From positions 17,215 through 81,214 of the forward strand of contig CAZTWQ010000003.1 in the NCBI GenBank assembly GCA_964618315.1: a stretch of DNA of 64,000 bases, given 5' to 3'. Shown one piece after another: positions 1-9,862 of this stretch. Every line of letters begins with the position of its first letter. The stretch's first letter is position 1. Made by a program: the position numbers and the translations under genes. Below the pieces are notes generated by a model. It was not told where the DNA came from. It saw nothing but the letters and a program-made list of their open reading frames with translations, and did not search any database. Source of the stretch: an uncultured Methanosarcinales archaeon. Lineage in GTDB: Archaea > Nanobdellota > Nanobdellia > Woesearchaeales > JACPBV01.

Positions 1-2
1 GT

Positions 3-572
3 GTAAAAGAAAGCACAGGTAGTGCAACATATAAATCCCTAATAATTGTAAATAAAGATAGTGGCATAGAGAAATTAGAAGATTTAAAAGGAAAAACATT
101 TGCATTTGTAGATCCTGCTTCAACTTCAGGCAACTTAATACCTAGAAAAATGTTAATAGAGAATGGAATAAACCCTGACGTAGATTTTAGCACAACATTT
201 TATGCAGGAACACATAACGCAGTTCAATACGCAATAGCAAATGGCAAAGTAGATGCTGGTGCAAGTGGCGATAATGTTTATCAAAGAATGGTTGAATCAG
301 GAGAGATTAATTCTGAAGTAAACATCATAATCCATGAATCAGAACCAATCCCTGGATCACCAATAGTAGTTAGAGGGAATTTACCAACAGAGATCAAACA
401 AAAAATACAGAATGTACTTATAAACATGGACCAGCAAACAATACATAAAGTAGATGGCTGGGGTGGAATATCAAGTTACCAAAAAGTAAGTGATAGTGAT
501 TACAATGTAATTAGAGAAACCGCAAAACTTTTAGGGATGGACGTTTCAAATGCAGAAGCTGCAAATAAATAG
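3..572 (+). CDS. phnD: Phosphonate ABC transporter substrate-binding protein, C-terminal part (5' end outside window)
   Basis: Frame 3 is open from the window edge (VKESTGSATYKSLIIV...FAFVDPASTSGNLIPR...GSPIVVRGNLP), so the listed ORF 150..572 is only the Met-initiated tail. PhnD-type motifs. Lies directly upstream of phnC/phnE. Confidence 0.8.
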   Translation, partial: VKESTGSATYKSLIIVNKDSGIEKLEDLKGKTFAFVDPASTSGNLIPRKMLIENGINPDVDFSTTFYAGTHNAVQYAIANGKVDAGASGDNVYQRMVESGEINSEVNIIIHESEPIPGSPIVVRGNLPTEIKQKIQNVLINMDQQTIHKVDGWGGISSYQKVSDSDYNVIRETAKLLGMDVSNAEAANK

Positions 573-629
573 TTTTTTTATTTTTGATTGTCTAATTGAT
601 ATTAAAAATATTATCTTAGTTGGAGAAAA

Positions 630-1403
630 ATGATAAAAATAGAAAACTTAAATCACAAATACAAAAACAGGAATGAAGAGGCTGTAAAAAACATAGACCT
701 ACATATCAAAAAAGGAGAAAGTGTAGTTATAATTGGTTCAAGTGGTTCTGGAAAATCAACATTACTTAAATGTATCAATAGATTACTAGAACCTAATTCT
801 GGAAAAATCCATATAGATGGAAATGATATCCTAAACTGTAAAATAAAAAAAGCAGAAAAAATAAGGGGTAATATTGGAATGATTTTCCAGAACTTTAACC
901 TTACTGAAAGAGAAACAGTCCTAAAAAACACATTAAATGGACGATTAAGTCACATCAGCACATTTAATACTATATTAGGAAGATTTTCTAAAGAAGATTA
1001 TGAATTAGCAAGAAATAACCTTAAGAGGGTAGGATTAGGGGAATATGAAAAGGAAAGAATAAATAATCTAAGTGGGGGTCAAAAACAACGTGTAGCAATA
1101 GCAAGAACATTATCACAAAAGCCAGAGATTATCTTAGCAGACGAACCAGTATCTAACCTAGATCCTAAACTGATGAAAGAAATCATGGATTTGTTAAAAG
1201 ATATATGCGTTGAAAAAGGTATAACATTAGTTACTAGTCTGCATTTCTTAGAGTTTGCCAAAAGATACGGCTCTAGGATTATCGGGATGAAACAAGGTCA
1301 AATAGTTTTTGACGGTAAACCAGAAGACCTTACAGAAAAAGACATTGTAGATATATATGGTAAAACAAAAGATTGGTATCTATATGGCAAAACAGGATTT
1401 TAA
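630..1403 (+). CDS. phnC: Phosphonate ABC transporter ATP-binding protein
   Basis: Walker A GSSGSGKST, ABC signature LSGGQKQRVAIAR, Walker B IILADEP. GGAG lies 7 nt upstream of the ATG. Sits between phnD and phnE. Confidence 0.9.
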   Translation: MIKIENLNHKYKNRNEEAVKNIDLHIKKGESVVIIGSSGSGKSTLLKCINRLLEPNSGKIHIDGNDILNCKIKKAEKIRGNIGMIFQNFNLTERETVLKNTLNGRLSHISTFNTILGRFSKEDYELARNNLKRVGLGEYEKERINNLSGGQKQRVAIARTLSQKPEIILADEPVSNLDPKLMKEIMDLLKDICVEKGITLVTSLHFLEFAKRYGSRIIGMKQGQIVFDGKPEDLTEKDIVDIYGKTKDWYLYGKTGF

Positions 1404-1405
1404 AA

Positions 1406-2209
1406 ATGGAATTAAAAATATTAAAAAAACACCGTAAAAGCAAATACAAAGTATTCCTAATAAGCATATTTTTAATCATAATTTATTATTGGGCTATCAA
1501 AGGCACCAATACAAGCCTAACTAATCTTGTAAAAGGCACCCCCCATATGGTTGACTTCATCAGAAGAATGTTTCCCCCAGACATCAGCAACTTAGGGAGA
1601 TTTCTCTTAAAAGCTATTGAAACATTACAGATGGCAATCATTGGTTCAACATTAGGAGCATTAATAGCATTACCACTATCTTTCTTAGCTGCCAGAAATA
1701 TAATGTCTAATAAGATAATATACCACAGTATTAGGACAATATTTGATGCATTAAGGGGCATAAATGAAATTATATGGGGGCTCATCTTTGTCTCAATGGT
1801 GGGATTGGGTCCATTTCCAGGTGTTTTAGCACTAACTGCCCATGTAACTGGAGCTTTAGGGAGATATTTCTCAGAATCAATAGAAACAGTAGACCCTGAA
1901 GTAATAAAAGCAATAATCTCAACAGGAGCAAACAAGATTCAGGTTATTGCAAGAGGGATTTTCCCTCAAGTAAAACCCCTATTCATAAATTATAGCTTGT
2001 ATTACTTAGAAAACAATTTTAGAGCAGCAACTGTTCTAGGCTTAGTAGGGGCAGGAGGAATTGGCATGGAACTGATAACAAGCATGCGACTTTTCAAAAA
2101 TCAAGAAGTATTAACTATTTTAATTATAATGGTGGTTATGGTAACAGTAATAGACCGTTTCAGTGCATATATAAGAAAAAAAGTAGTTGGAGTTGAATCA
2201 ATAGAATAA
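1406..2209 (+). CDS. phnE: Phosphonate ABC transporter permease
   Basis: Polytopic permease with a PhnE-like region (ETLQMAIIGSTLGALIALPLSFLAARN). The ATG at 1406 is 2 nt after the phnC stop. The ORF-track start 1373 lies inside phnC. Confidence 0.85.
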   Translation: MELKILKKHRKSKYKVFLISIFLIIIYYWAIKGTNTSLTNLVKGTPHMVDFIRRMFPPDISNLGRFLLKAIETLQMAIIGSTLGALIALPLSFLAARNIMSNKIIYHSIRTIFDALRGINEIIWGLIFVSMVGLGPFPGVLALTAHVTGALGRYFSESIETVDPEVIKAIISTGANKIQVIARGIFPQVKPLFINYSLYYLENNFRAATVLGLVGAGGIGMELITSMRLFKNQEVLTILIIMVVMVTVIDRFSAYIRKKVVGVESIE

Positions 2210-2248
2210 AGGGAGATTTAATAAATAATAAAGCAACAATAACACAAA

Positions 2249-2938
2249 ATGAAAGCAATTATCTTAGCAGCAGGAAAAGCAACAAGATTGCTCCCTTTAA
2301 CTAAAGATACCCCTCAATGTCTACTAAAGATAAACAACAAAACAATTCTAGAAAAACAAATTGAATACCTAAACCACGCAGGAATCAACGATATAACAAT
2401 AATAACAGGTTATCTATCAGAACAAGTAGAGGCATTCTGTAAAAAACTGGGCATAAATACATTTTTTAACCCATTTTATGATGTTTCCGGTATGGCCCTC
2501 ACACTATGGGTTGCTAAAAAAGAATTGACAGATGACTTCATACTAACTTATTCAGATGTTTTGTTTGATCCTATATTAATAAAAGACCTATCAAAAAATG
2601 ATGGAGAAATCTGCTTAGCCATAAAAAAAGACAACCTAAGAGAAGAAGCAGAAAAAGTTATAGAAGAATCAAACATAATAAAAAATGTAAGTAAAGTTAA
2701 AATCCCTGGAGAAAATGGTGAATTTATAGGCATATCAAAATTCTCAAAACAAGGTTCTAATAAATTGATTAAAGAGTTAAACAAAGTATCAAAAAACAAC
2801 ATAAATTCTTCATTCATAGATGTTATTGACAATATTATAAAAGAAGGGGGTATAATTAAAGCTCATGATATAGGTAATTCTTCATTTCTAGATATTGATT
2901 TCCCAGAAGATCTAGAAAAAGCAAAAAAAATATTCTAA
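2249..2938 (+). CDS. Alcohol/sugar-phosphate nucleotidyl(cytidylyl)transferase, LicC/PntC-like
   Basis: N-terminus MKAIILAAGKATRLLPLTKDTPQCLL is the GxGTRL loop of the NTP_transferase fold. Single domain of about 230 aa, as in LicC/PntC-type enzymes. Substrate not determinable from sequence alone. Confidence 0.75.
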   Translation: MKAIILAAGKATRLLPLTKDTPQCLLKINNKTILEKQIEYLNHAGINDITIITGYLSEQVEAFCKKLGINTFFNPFYDVSGMALTLWVAKKELTDDFILTYSDVLFDPILIKDLSKNDGEICLAIKKDNLREEAEKVIEESNIIKNVSKVKIPGENGEFIGISKFSKQGSNKLIKELNKVSKNNINSSFIDVIDNIIKEGGIIKAHDIGNSSFLDIDFPEDLEKAKKIF

Positions 2939-2943
2939 TTAAT

Positions 2944-3618
2944 TCACACTTCAATATCTCTATCCTTCAAATAATCTCCAAATTCTTTATAATAATAAGC
3001 AAACCAACTAGCTTGTTTAACCAAAAACAAAAGAATTGTCAATATCAAAACAGGCAATAATGTAATCTCCTTTACCTGGATAAAATAAGGCAATAATGGA
3101 ACTAAAACAAAAGATATAGTTCTGCTATCCTCAAAATTCAAAAATTGCTGATATTTTCTTGCTCTTTCTTTCCTTAAAAAAAGCATTACTACACTAGTCT
3201 GTAAGGGATGAATAATAGACATAATAATCAACAAAGGTATCAAAAAAAGAATTATAGTCTTATCCATAGGATAAATCAAAGCAATCGGTATAATTGCCGT
3301 ACCGATGTAACCAGTAACATTATCTAAATACATACCCAATTTTGAAGATTTATTCTTCAATCTAGCCACTTTACCATCAATATAATCCAAAATATACCTC
3401 ATAAGGTAACATAAACTACCAAATAAGAATAATCCCTTAAAGAAAAAAACAGCACTACCAATTAAAAATACAAAAGACAAGATAGTCACAAAATTAGGAC
3501 TAAAATTAGTAAAATTAATAATCAACCAAGCGAGTCTGTTTATTAAAGGATTTAAAATAATATTAAAATAGGGGGGAGATTTGTGTCCAGCCTTATCAAT
3601 ATCATCTAAAGTAAACAT
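2944..3618 (-). CDS. CDP-alcohol phosphotransferase family membrane protein
   Basis: Multi-TM protein with DYIDGKVARLKNKSSKLGMYLDNVTG (DxxDGxxARx8GxxxD; the last canonical Asp is replaced by Gly). Strong SD GGAGGTGA upstream of the ATG. Confidence 0.8.
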   Translation of the reverse strand: MFTLDDIDKAGHKSPPYFNIILNPLINRLAWLIINFTNFSPNFVTILSFVFLIGSAVFFFKGLFLFGSLCYLMRYILDYIDGKVARLKNKSSKLGMYLDNVTGYIGTAIIPIALIYPMDKTIILFLIPLLIIMSIIHPLQTSVVMLFLRKERARKYQQFLNFEDSRTISFVLVPLLPYFIQVKEITLLPVLILTILLFLVKQASWFAYYYKEFGDYLKDRDIEV

Positions 3619-3819
3619 TATTTCACCTCCTTAATCAACTTAAAGAGCTTAAGAAATAAAAAAAAGGAAATAACAAAAAGCCATAAACATACAAAAGAGC
3701 CTACCATAAATATATTAACAATGTTCATCAAATCAATCATTCTAAATTTTAAGTTAAATAACTAATATATAAACATAATGTTTTTAAACATGGCTAGATT
3801 CTATAAGAAAGTGGTTTCA

Positions 3820-5130
3820 ATGAACATTAGTATATTTGGTATGGGTTATGTAGGATGTATATTAGCAGCAGGCCATTCTTCTCAAGGTCATAAAATAATG
3901 GGCGTAGATATTGACCAAAAAAAATTAGACATACTTAACCAAGGAAAAAGCCCAGTAATAGAAAAAGATATTGAAAATTACATAAAAGACTCTGTTCTAA
4001 AAGAATTACTAAAGACAACAACAAACGTAAAAGAAGCAATAAACAATACAGAAATATCCTTAATCAGTGTAGGAACCCCCTGTAGAGAAAATGGAGAAAT
4101 CAACCTCAACTTCACAATCAAAGTCTGTGAAGAAATAGCAAAATCACTAAAAGATAAGAATACATACCATTTAATCGTATTCAAAAGTACATTATTCCCA
4201 GGAACAGTTGAAAGCAAGCTAATTCCAATAATAGAAGAAATATCAAAAAAGAAAGCAGGGATTGATTTTGGAGTATGTCACAACCCAGAATTCTTAAGGG
4301 AGGGCTCAGGTATGGAAGACTTCTTCAATCCACCTATAACAGTTATAGGTCAGTTAGACAAAAAATCAGGAGATGCATTAGAACAGATTTATCAAGATAT
4401 AAATGGAGAAATAATAAAAACAACAATAAAAATAGGTGAAATGATAAAATATGTTAACAATACATTCCATGGCTTAAAAGTAACATTCGCAAATGAAATA
4501 GGAAAAATAGCAAAACAACTAAACATAGACAGTCACGAATTGATGAAGATATTCTGTATGGATAAACAATTAAACTTATCCCCTTACTATCTAAGACCTG
4601 GTGTTCCTTACGGGGGCTCCTGCCTTACCAAAGACCTTGAAGCTCTAAAATTTGAAGCTAAAAAAAGAAACCTAACTACACCTATTCTAGATTCAATCAA
4701 AAAAAGCAACGACTCACATATAGACTATTGCATAAACCTAATAGAAAAGACAGATAAGAAAAACATTGGAATATTAGGACTAAGTTTCAAAGAAAACACA
4801 GACGATTTAAGGTCAAGCGCCATAATACTAATAATCAACAAACTAATAAAAAAAGGATTTAACATAAAAGTATATGACAAAGCTGTAAAAAATGCAGAGA
4901 AATTCGGGATAAACAAAGAAATATTTGAAACACAATTCCCGTTCCTAAAAGACATATTAGTAAATACAATAGAAGAAGCAATTGGTCAGGAAGTAATTAT
5001 AGTAAAAAACAAAAATGAAGAATATAAAAAAATAGCTAATATTTTAAAAGAAGAACAGATTCTGATAGATATGGTAAGATTATTCGAAGAAAAAGATGTA
5101 AAATCAAAATATGTGGGGTTGTGCTGGTAA
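3820..5130 (+). CDS. Nucleotide-sugar 6-dehydrogenase (UDP-glucose/GDP-mannose dehydrogenase family, AlgD-like N-terminus)
   Basis: MNISIFGMGYVGC Rossmann start, LNQGKSPV, catalytic GGSCLTKD. ATG 3820 preferred over the upstream track start 3778. Confidence 0.85.
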   Translation: MNISIFGMGYVGCILAAGHSSQGHKIMGVDIDQKKLDILNQGKSPVIEKDIENYIKDSVLKELLKTTTNVKEAINNTEISLISVGTPCRENGEINLNFTIKVCEEIAKSLKDKNTYHLIVFKSTLFPGTVESKLIPIIEEISKKKAGIDFGVCHNPEFLREGSGMEDFFNPPITVIGQLDKKSGDALEQIYQDINGEIIKTTIKIGEMIKYVNNTFHGLKVTFANEIGKIAKQLNIDSHELMKIFCMDKQLNLSPYYLRPGVPYGGSCLTKDLEALKFEAKKRNLTTPILDSIKKSNDSHIDYCINLIEKTDKKNIGILGLSFKENTDDLRSSAIILIINKLIKKGFNIKVYDKAVKNAEKFGINKEIFETQFPFLKDILVNTIEEAIGQEVIIVKNKNEEYKKIANILKEEQILIDMVRLFEEKDVKSKYVGLCW

Positions 5131-5131
5131 A

Positions 5132-6046
5132 ATGAATGAAATATCAATTATAATACCTACATATAATGAAAAGAAAAATCTTAGTAATCTTATCCCACAC
5201 ATAGAAGAAATCATTAAAAAGAACAATATCATTGCGGAAATAATAATAATTGATGACAACAGTCCAGACGGAACAGGACAATTAGCAGAAGAATTAAATA
5301 AAAAATACCAAAATATAAAAATAATCCATAGAAAAAAGAAAGAAGGTGTTGGTTCTGCAAGAAGATTAGGCTTTTCAAAAGCATCTAAAGATATAATATT
5401 AAGTATGGAAGGTGACAACACCCATAATCCTGATTATATACCCCAATTTATAGAAGAAATAGAAAATGGTGCCGACTTAGTTATTGGAAGCAGGTATCTA
5501 AAAGAATCAAAAATAATAAATTGGCCATTAAAAAGAAAAATTGTAAGTAAAACAGCCAACCTCATAGCACGATTCTTTGCAGGAGTAAACCTTACCGATG
5601 TAACTAATGGTTATAGAGCATTTACAAAGAATCTTTTCAACAAACTAACAATAGAATCTTCTGGATTTCCATTTAATATGGAATTTGCATGTGAAACTGT
5701 ATCAAGAAGATTCAAAGTTAAAGAAATACCAATAATATTCACTGATAGGAAAGAAGGTTCTTCAAAGATGAATGTTGGAAAAGAATTTATTGCATTTACT
5801 AGTACTGCATTTAGATTTGCATATACTTATAGGCCTGTTAGAGTATTTGGTGGTATTGGCTTGACTATGTTCACAATAGGCCTAATTCTAGGTATCCAGG
5901 TAGTCTACCTTAAACTAACTGGAAACATTACAAATAGAATCACATTAATATTTCTATCAGTTCTTCTTATATTATCTGGATTTCAGATGATGTCTCTTGG
6001 TTTAATTGCAGGAATTTTAACCAAATTAAGAAAGGAAGTTTTATAA
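5132..6046 (+). CDS. Polyprenyl-phosphate glycosyltransferase, GT2 (DPM1/GtrB/CsbB-like) with C-terminal TM helices
   Basis: ISIIIPTYNEKKNL, IIIDDNSPDGT, MEGDNTH (DxD-like). Two C-terminal hydrophobic helices. ATG 5132 is 2 nt after the upstream stop. Confidence 0.85.
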   Translation: MNEISIIIPTYNEKKNLSNLIPHIEEIIKKNNIIAEIIIIDDNSPDGTGQLAEELNKKYQNIKIIHRKKKEGVGSARRLGFSKASKDIILSMEGDNTHNPDYIPQFIEEIENGADLVIGSRYLKESKIINWPLKRKIVSKTANLIARFFAGVNLTDVTNGYRAFTKNLFNKLTIESSGFPFNMEFACETVSRRFKVKEIPIIFTDRKEGSSKMNVGKEFIAFTSTAFRFAYTYRPVRVFGGIGLTMFTIGLILGIQVVYLKLTGNITNRITLIFLSVLLILSGFQMMSLGLIAGILTKLRKEVL

Positions 6047-6072
6047 GTATAAATTAAATCCATATCCTTAAA

Positions 6073-7515
6073 ATGAAAGTCTTATTTGTAATGCGAGATA
6101 TCAAGATGTGCGAGCATTTAGGTATTATGTATATTTCTAGTATATTAAAGAAAAACGGTCACGAAACAGACCTTGTACAAACAGACCTAGAAGATTATGA
6201 AAAGAAAATAAAAGATTTTTCTCCAGATATTTTGGCATATACTACAACAACTGGTGAACATAAGCCCCTTATTGATATAAACAAGAAAATCAAAAAAACA
6301 TTCCCCCACTTGATTTCATTATTTGGAGGACCCCACCCAACATTCTTCCCTGAGATGATAGAAAGTGAAGGCGTCGATATAATCTGCCGAGGTGAAGGCG
6401 AATTTATAATTCTTGATCTTGTAAATGCACTAAAAGAAAAAAAATCTATAGATAACATCCAAGGTATATGGGTAAAAAAAGATAATAAAATATTCAAAAA
6501 CCCTATGCAACCTTTAACAAAAGACCTCGACCTAATCCCATTTCCTGATCGTGAAATAATCTACAACCATGATAAAAATCTAAAAGAATTCGGAGAAAAA
6601 AGAATTCTAATTGGAAGGGGGTGTCCATTTAGATGTACTTATTGTTTCAACAACCGCCTCTCTAATCTATATGGGGCAGAATGGGATAGAGTAAGAAAAA
6701 GGAGTGTATCTAATGTAATAAAAGAAGTAAAAGAGATAATAGAAAAATACCCTGTTGAATTTATAAGAATAGTAGACGACACATTTATAATGTGTGATAA
6801 GAAATGGCTTGAAGAATTTGCAGAAATGTTCAAAAAAGAGATAAACATCCCTTTTTTCTGTAATGTAAGGGCAAACCTAGTAACAGAAGATGTAGTTAGA
6901 TTATTAAAAAAAGCAGGCTGTTTCTCAATCTTCATGGCTATAGAAACAGGAGATGAAAAAGTAAGGAACACCCTCCTTAAAAGAAACATGAGTGACGAAG
7001 ATCTATTCAAAGCATGTAAACTATTAAGAAATGCAGACATAAAATACGGCTTCTATAACATGTTTGGGCTGCCCGTGGAAAACGCATTAGAAGTTGATTT
7101 TAAGACATTAGACCTTAACATAAAACTAAAACCAACTATGGCGTGGTCATCAATATTCACCCCATTTCCAAAAACAGAACTAGGGGAATATTGTATAAAA
7201 CATGGCTATTTCGACGGAGATTTTGATAAAATCGAAGCAAACCCAAAAATTGGTTCTGTACTAAAATTCAAGAACAAAAAAGAAAAAAGACAGATAGAAA
7301 ATCTCCATAAACTATTTGGAATTACAGTAGAATTCCCATTTCTACGCCCACTCACAAAACAACTTATCAAACTACCCCCTAATAAATTATTCAACATAAT
7401 CAATATGGGATGGTATGGCTGGGTGCTTAAAGTCAGGATGAGCACAATCAAAATAACTATTCCAAAACTTTTTAAATGGGCTAAAGTTGTAATGAAACAT
7501 ACAAAAAGTGAATAA
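6073..7515 (+). CDS. Radical SAM protein with N-terminal B12-binding-type domain (class B-like)
   Basis: CxxxCxxC in GRGCPFRCTYC. N-terminal Rossmann-like region with LFGGPHPTF. AIETGDEKV (GxExG-type SAM motif). Confidence 0.9.
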   Translation: MKVLFVMRDIKMCEHLGIMYISSILKKNGHETDLVQTDLEDYEKKIKDFSPDILAYTTTTGEHKPLIDINKKIKKTFPHLISLFGGPHPTFFPEMIESEGVDIICRGEGEFIILDLVNALKEKKSIDNIQGIWVKKDNKIFKNPMQPLTKDLDLIPFPDREIIYNHDKNLKEFGEKRILIGRGCPFRCTYCFNNRLSNLYGAEWDRVRKRSVSNVIKEVKEIIEKYPVEFIRIVDDTFIMCDKKWLEEFAEMFKKEINIPFFCNVRANLVTEDVVRLLKKAGCFSIFMAIETGDEKVRNTLLKRNMSDEDLFKACKLLRNADIKYGFYNMFGLPVENALEVDFKTLDLNIKLKPTMAWSSIFTPFPKTELGEYCIKHGYFDGDFDKIEANPKIGSVLKFKNKKEKRQIENLHKLFGITVEFPFLRPLTKQLIKLPPNKLFNIINMGWYGWVLKVRMSTIKITIPKLFKWAKVVMKHTKSE

Positions 7516-7516
7516 T

Positions 7517-9862
7517 ATGAAATCATTCCTAAAAAAAAACAAATATCATATAATATACATATCCTTGATGATAGTTATTACTCTTGTCTTTCTCAGCAAA
7601 TATATTAATCCAAATACAATTTATGCTTGTGATTTAAATGCAAGAGCAGCAAGAGGCAGTGTTCTTAAAGAATCCGTATTAAAATACCATGATTTTTATC
7701 CATTATACAATCCTTATTGGATGGCTGGGGATGCATTCTGGAACAGACCAAATTCAGCTGATTTCAACAATCCAATGTGGTTCCTGATGTTTATCATCCC
7801 AACGATAGGTGCATTGAAATATATACTAATCCTGGGTATTATCGGAGCAGGAATCTCCATGTATGCACTCATGGTATACTTAATCAAAAAACCACAATTT
7901 GCATTTGTTTCTGGATTAGCGTTTATGTTTAACGGATGGATAATAGAACATGTAAGGGACTGCCATATATCTAGTGTCAATGCTCCAATGTTTATACCAC
8001 TCATCATATTATTCACAGTAAAAGCAATAAGAAAGAAAAAATGGATAAATAATGCGATTATTGCTGGAATATTGTTCTCTTTGCAAATATTCTTTGCACC
8101 TGATTTCAAGGTTGCAATGTTTACTGCACTAGTATTTGGATTGCTACTCTTAATATTTATCCCTGGGAAACATATCCAGAAAAGAATAACAAAAATAATC
8201 CTAATTGGTGCAATAATATCTTTAGTTGTCTTTGGTTTAACTGCTCAAAAAGTATTACCGACAAAAGAGCTCATCAGCCAAACAAGTAGAGGCCAAACAA
8301 CATGGGAAATGGCATCTGGTAGACAAATACAATTAAGAAATATGTTCACAAAAATGATAGAACCAATATATGAAGGCATGCCTAAGGTGCAAAGATTCGG
8401 AAAAACACAAAACATAGGCATAATTGCTTTTCTTCTTGCCATATTCGCAATATACAAAAAGCCAAAAAACAGAATCGTTCTCTTTGCATCAGCAGTCATT
8501 ATATTATCTATATCAATAGTCACCGCCTCACCAGTATTCTATTTCCTATGGAAATACATACCCCCATTTAACAGCTTTAGGTACCTTACAAGGTCTGTAG
8601 TAATATTTGTATTTGCATCATCAGTTCTTGCAGGATATGGATCTTTTGCATTAATAGATTCAATTAAGAAAAAAGGGATAAAAGAAAAAGGAACAAAATC
8701 AGCATACATCATAATTGTCCTATTGCTCATACTAAACTTAAATGTTTTTGGATATTCCCCTTATAGAGACTATTATGAAAATCCATTTATAGACCTAAAT
8801 GAAGCAATTGAAAACAATCATATAATGCAGGCCATAAGTAAAGAACCAGGAATATTCAGAACTCATGTTTATGAAACCAAGGGTATTGACTGGCCAGTTG
8901 AGTATTATACTGCGCCTATTGGTGTAGAACTTATCTATGGCCACGAATCTGCATGGGATGTAAGATACCTAAATGAATATTTGAGTATAGCAAACAACCA
9001 ACCTGCAAAATTATGGGGAATACTCAATACAAAATACATAACATCAAAAACTGAACTAAATATCTCAGGATTTAAATTCATAAAAAAATATGAAAACTGC
9101 ACAAAATGTTTCCAAATAGAACAAACAAAAAAAGCATATGGCCCTTACCTATATAAGAACGAACTGTTCCTTCCTAGAGCATACATAGTAAACAATAGCA
9201 TATTGATTGTAGGAGAAAACGACCCAGTCACACAAACATTATATGGATTGATGCTAAATCAAAATTTTAAGCCACAAAATACAGTAATAATAAAAGGCAA
9301 AAAAAGCATCAATGATTACCCTCAAGAAGACCTAAAAAAATACTCTGCAATATTTCTTACCTCTGGCTCAATAGACCAAAACTCAATTCTAACATTACAA
9401 AACTATGTAAACTCGGGAGGCATATTATTGCCAGACATAACAAAAAACAAAAACTTAATTAGTGAAGATGAAATCAATACAATGCTAAATTCATTTAAAG
9501 GAAATCTAAACATAATAGACGAAAAAAACATAATAACACATAATTTTGACAAGAGGGAAATAATAACAAACAAACAAAGCGGATTCTTGGTCTTAAGTGA
9601 ACGCTTCTCAATGTTCCCAGGATGGACTGCAGAATCAAAACAAGGAAAAACTACTGAAATACTGATGGCTGATGGAGTAATAACAAGCACATATCTAGAT
9701 AGTGAAGAGAGTATAGTTTTTGAATACAAACCAAAACCATTTATTATAGGTACATGGATTACAATAACAACATTGATTATTCTCCTAAGTTATCTTATCA
9801 TTAATTTGAAAAATAAAAGACTTAATAGAAAAAATGAGAAACTGGATAAAAAAGAAGAGTAA
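7517..9862 (+). CDS. YfhO-like GT-C polytopic membrane glycosyltransferase
   Basis: About 780 aa with many N-terminal TM helices, a large C-terminal soluble domain and a final TM helix. Paralogous to 53816..56155 (shared GPYLY...PRAY.VNN and N.GGIL.P blocks). ATG 7517 is 1 nt after the rSAM stop. Confidence 0.7.
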   Translation: MKSFLKKNKYHIIYISLMIVITLVFLSKYINPNTIYACDLNARAARGSVLKESVLKYHDFYPLYNPYWMAGDAFWNRPNSADFNNPMWFLMFIIPTIGALKYILILGIIGAGISMYALMVYLIKKPQFAFVSGLAFMFNGWIIEHVRDCHISSVNAPMFIPLIILFTVKAIRKKKWINNAIIAGILFSLQIFFAPDFKVAMFTALVFGLLLLIFIPGKHIQKRITKIILIGAIISLVVFGLTAQKVLPTKELISQTSRGQTTWEMASGRQIQLRNMFTKMIEPIYEGMPKVQRFGKTQNIGIIAFLLAIFAIYKKPKNRIVLFASAVIILSISIVTASPVFYFLWKYIPPFNSFRYLTRSVVIFVFASSVLAGYGSFALIDSIKKKGIKEKGTKSAYIIIVLLLILNLNVFGYSPYRDYYENPFIDLNEAIENNHIMQAISKEPGIFRTHVYETKGIDWPVEYYTAPIGVELIYGHESAWDVRYLNEYLSIANNQPAKLWGILNTKYITSKTELNISGFKFIKKYENCTKCFQIEQTKKAYGPYLYKNELFLPRAYIVNNSILIVGENDPVTQTLYGLMLNQNFKPQNTVIIKGKKSINDYPQEDLKKYSAIFLTSGSIDQNSILTLQNYVNSGGILLPDITKNKNLISEDEINTMLNSFKGNLNIIDEKNIITHNFDKREIITNKQSGFLVLSERFSMFPGWTAESKQGKTTEILMADGVITSTYLDSEESIVFEYKPKPFIIGTWITITTLIILLSYLIINLKNKRLNRKNEKLDKKEE

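Noticed and set aside
573-585. T7 + T5 run after phnD as a transcription terminator
   Set aside because: phnC follows within 57 nt and almost certainly belongs to the same operon. Oligo-T runs are frequent in this AT-rich sequence, so the signal is not specific.
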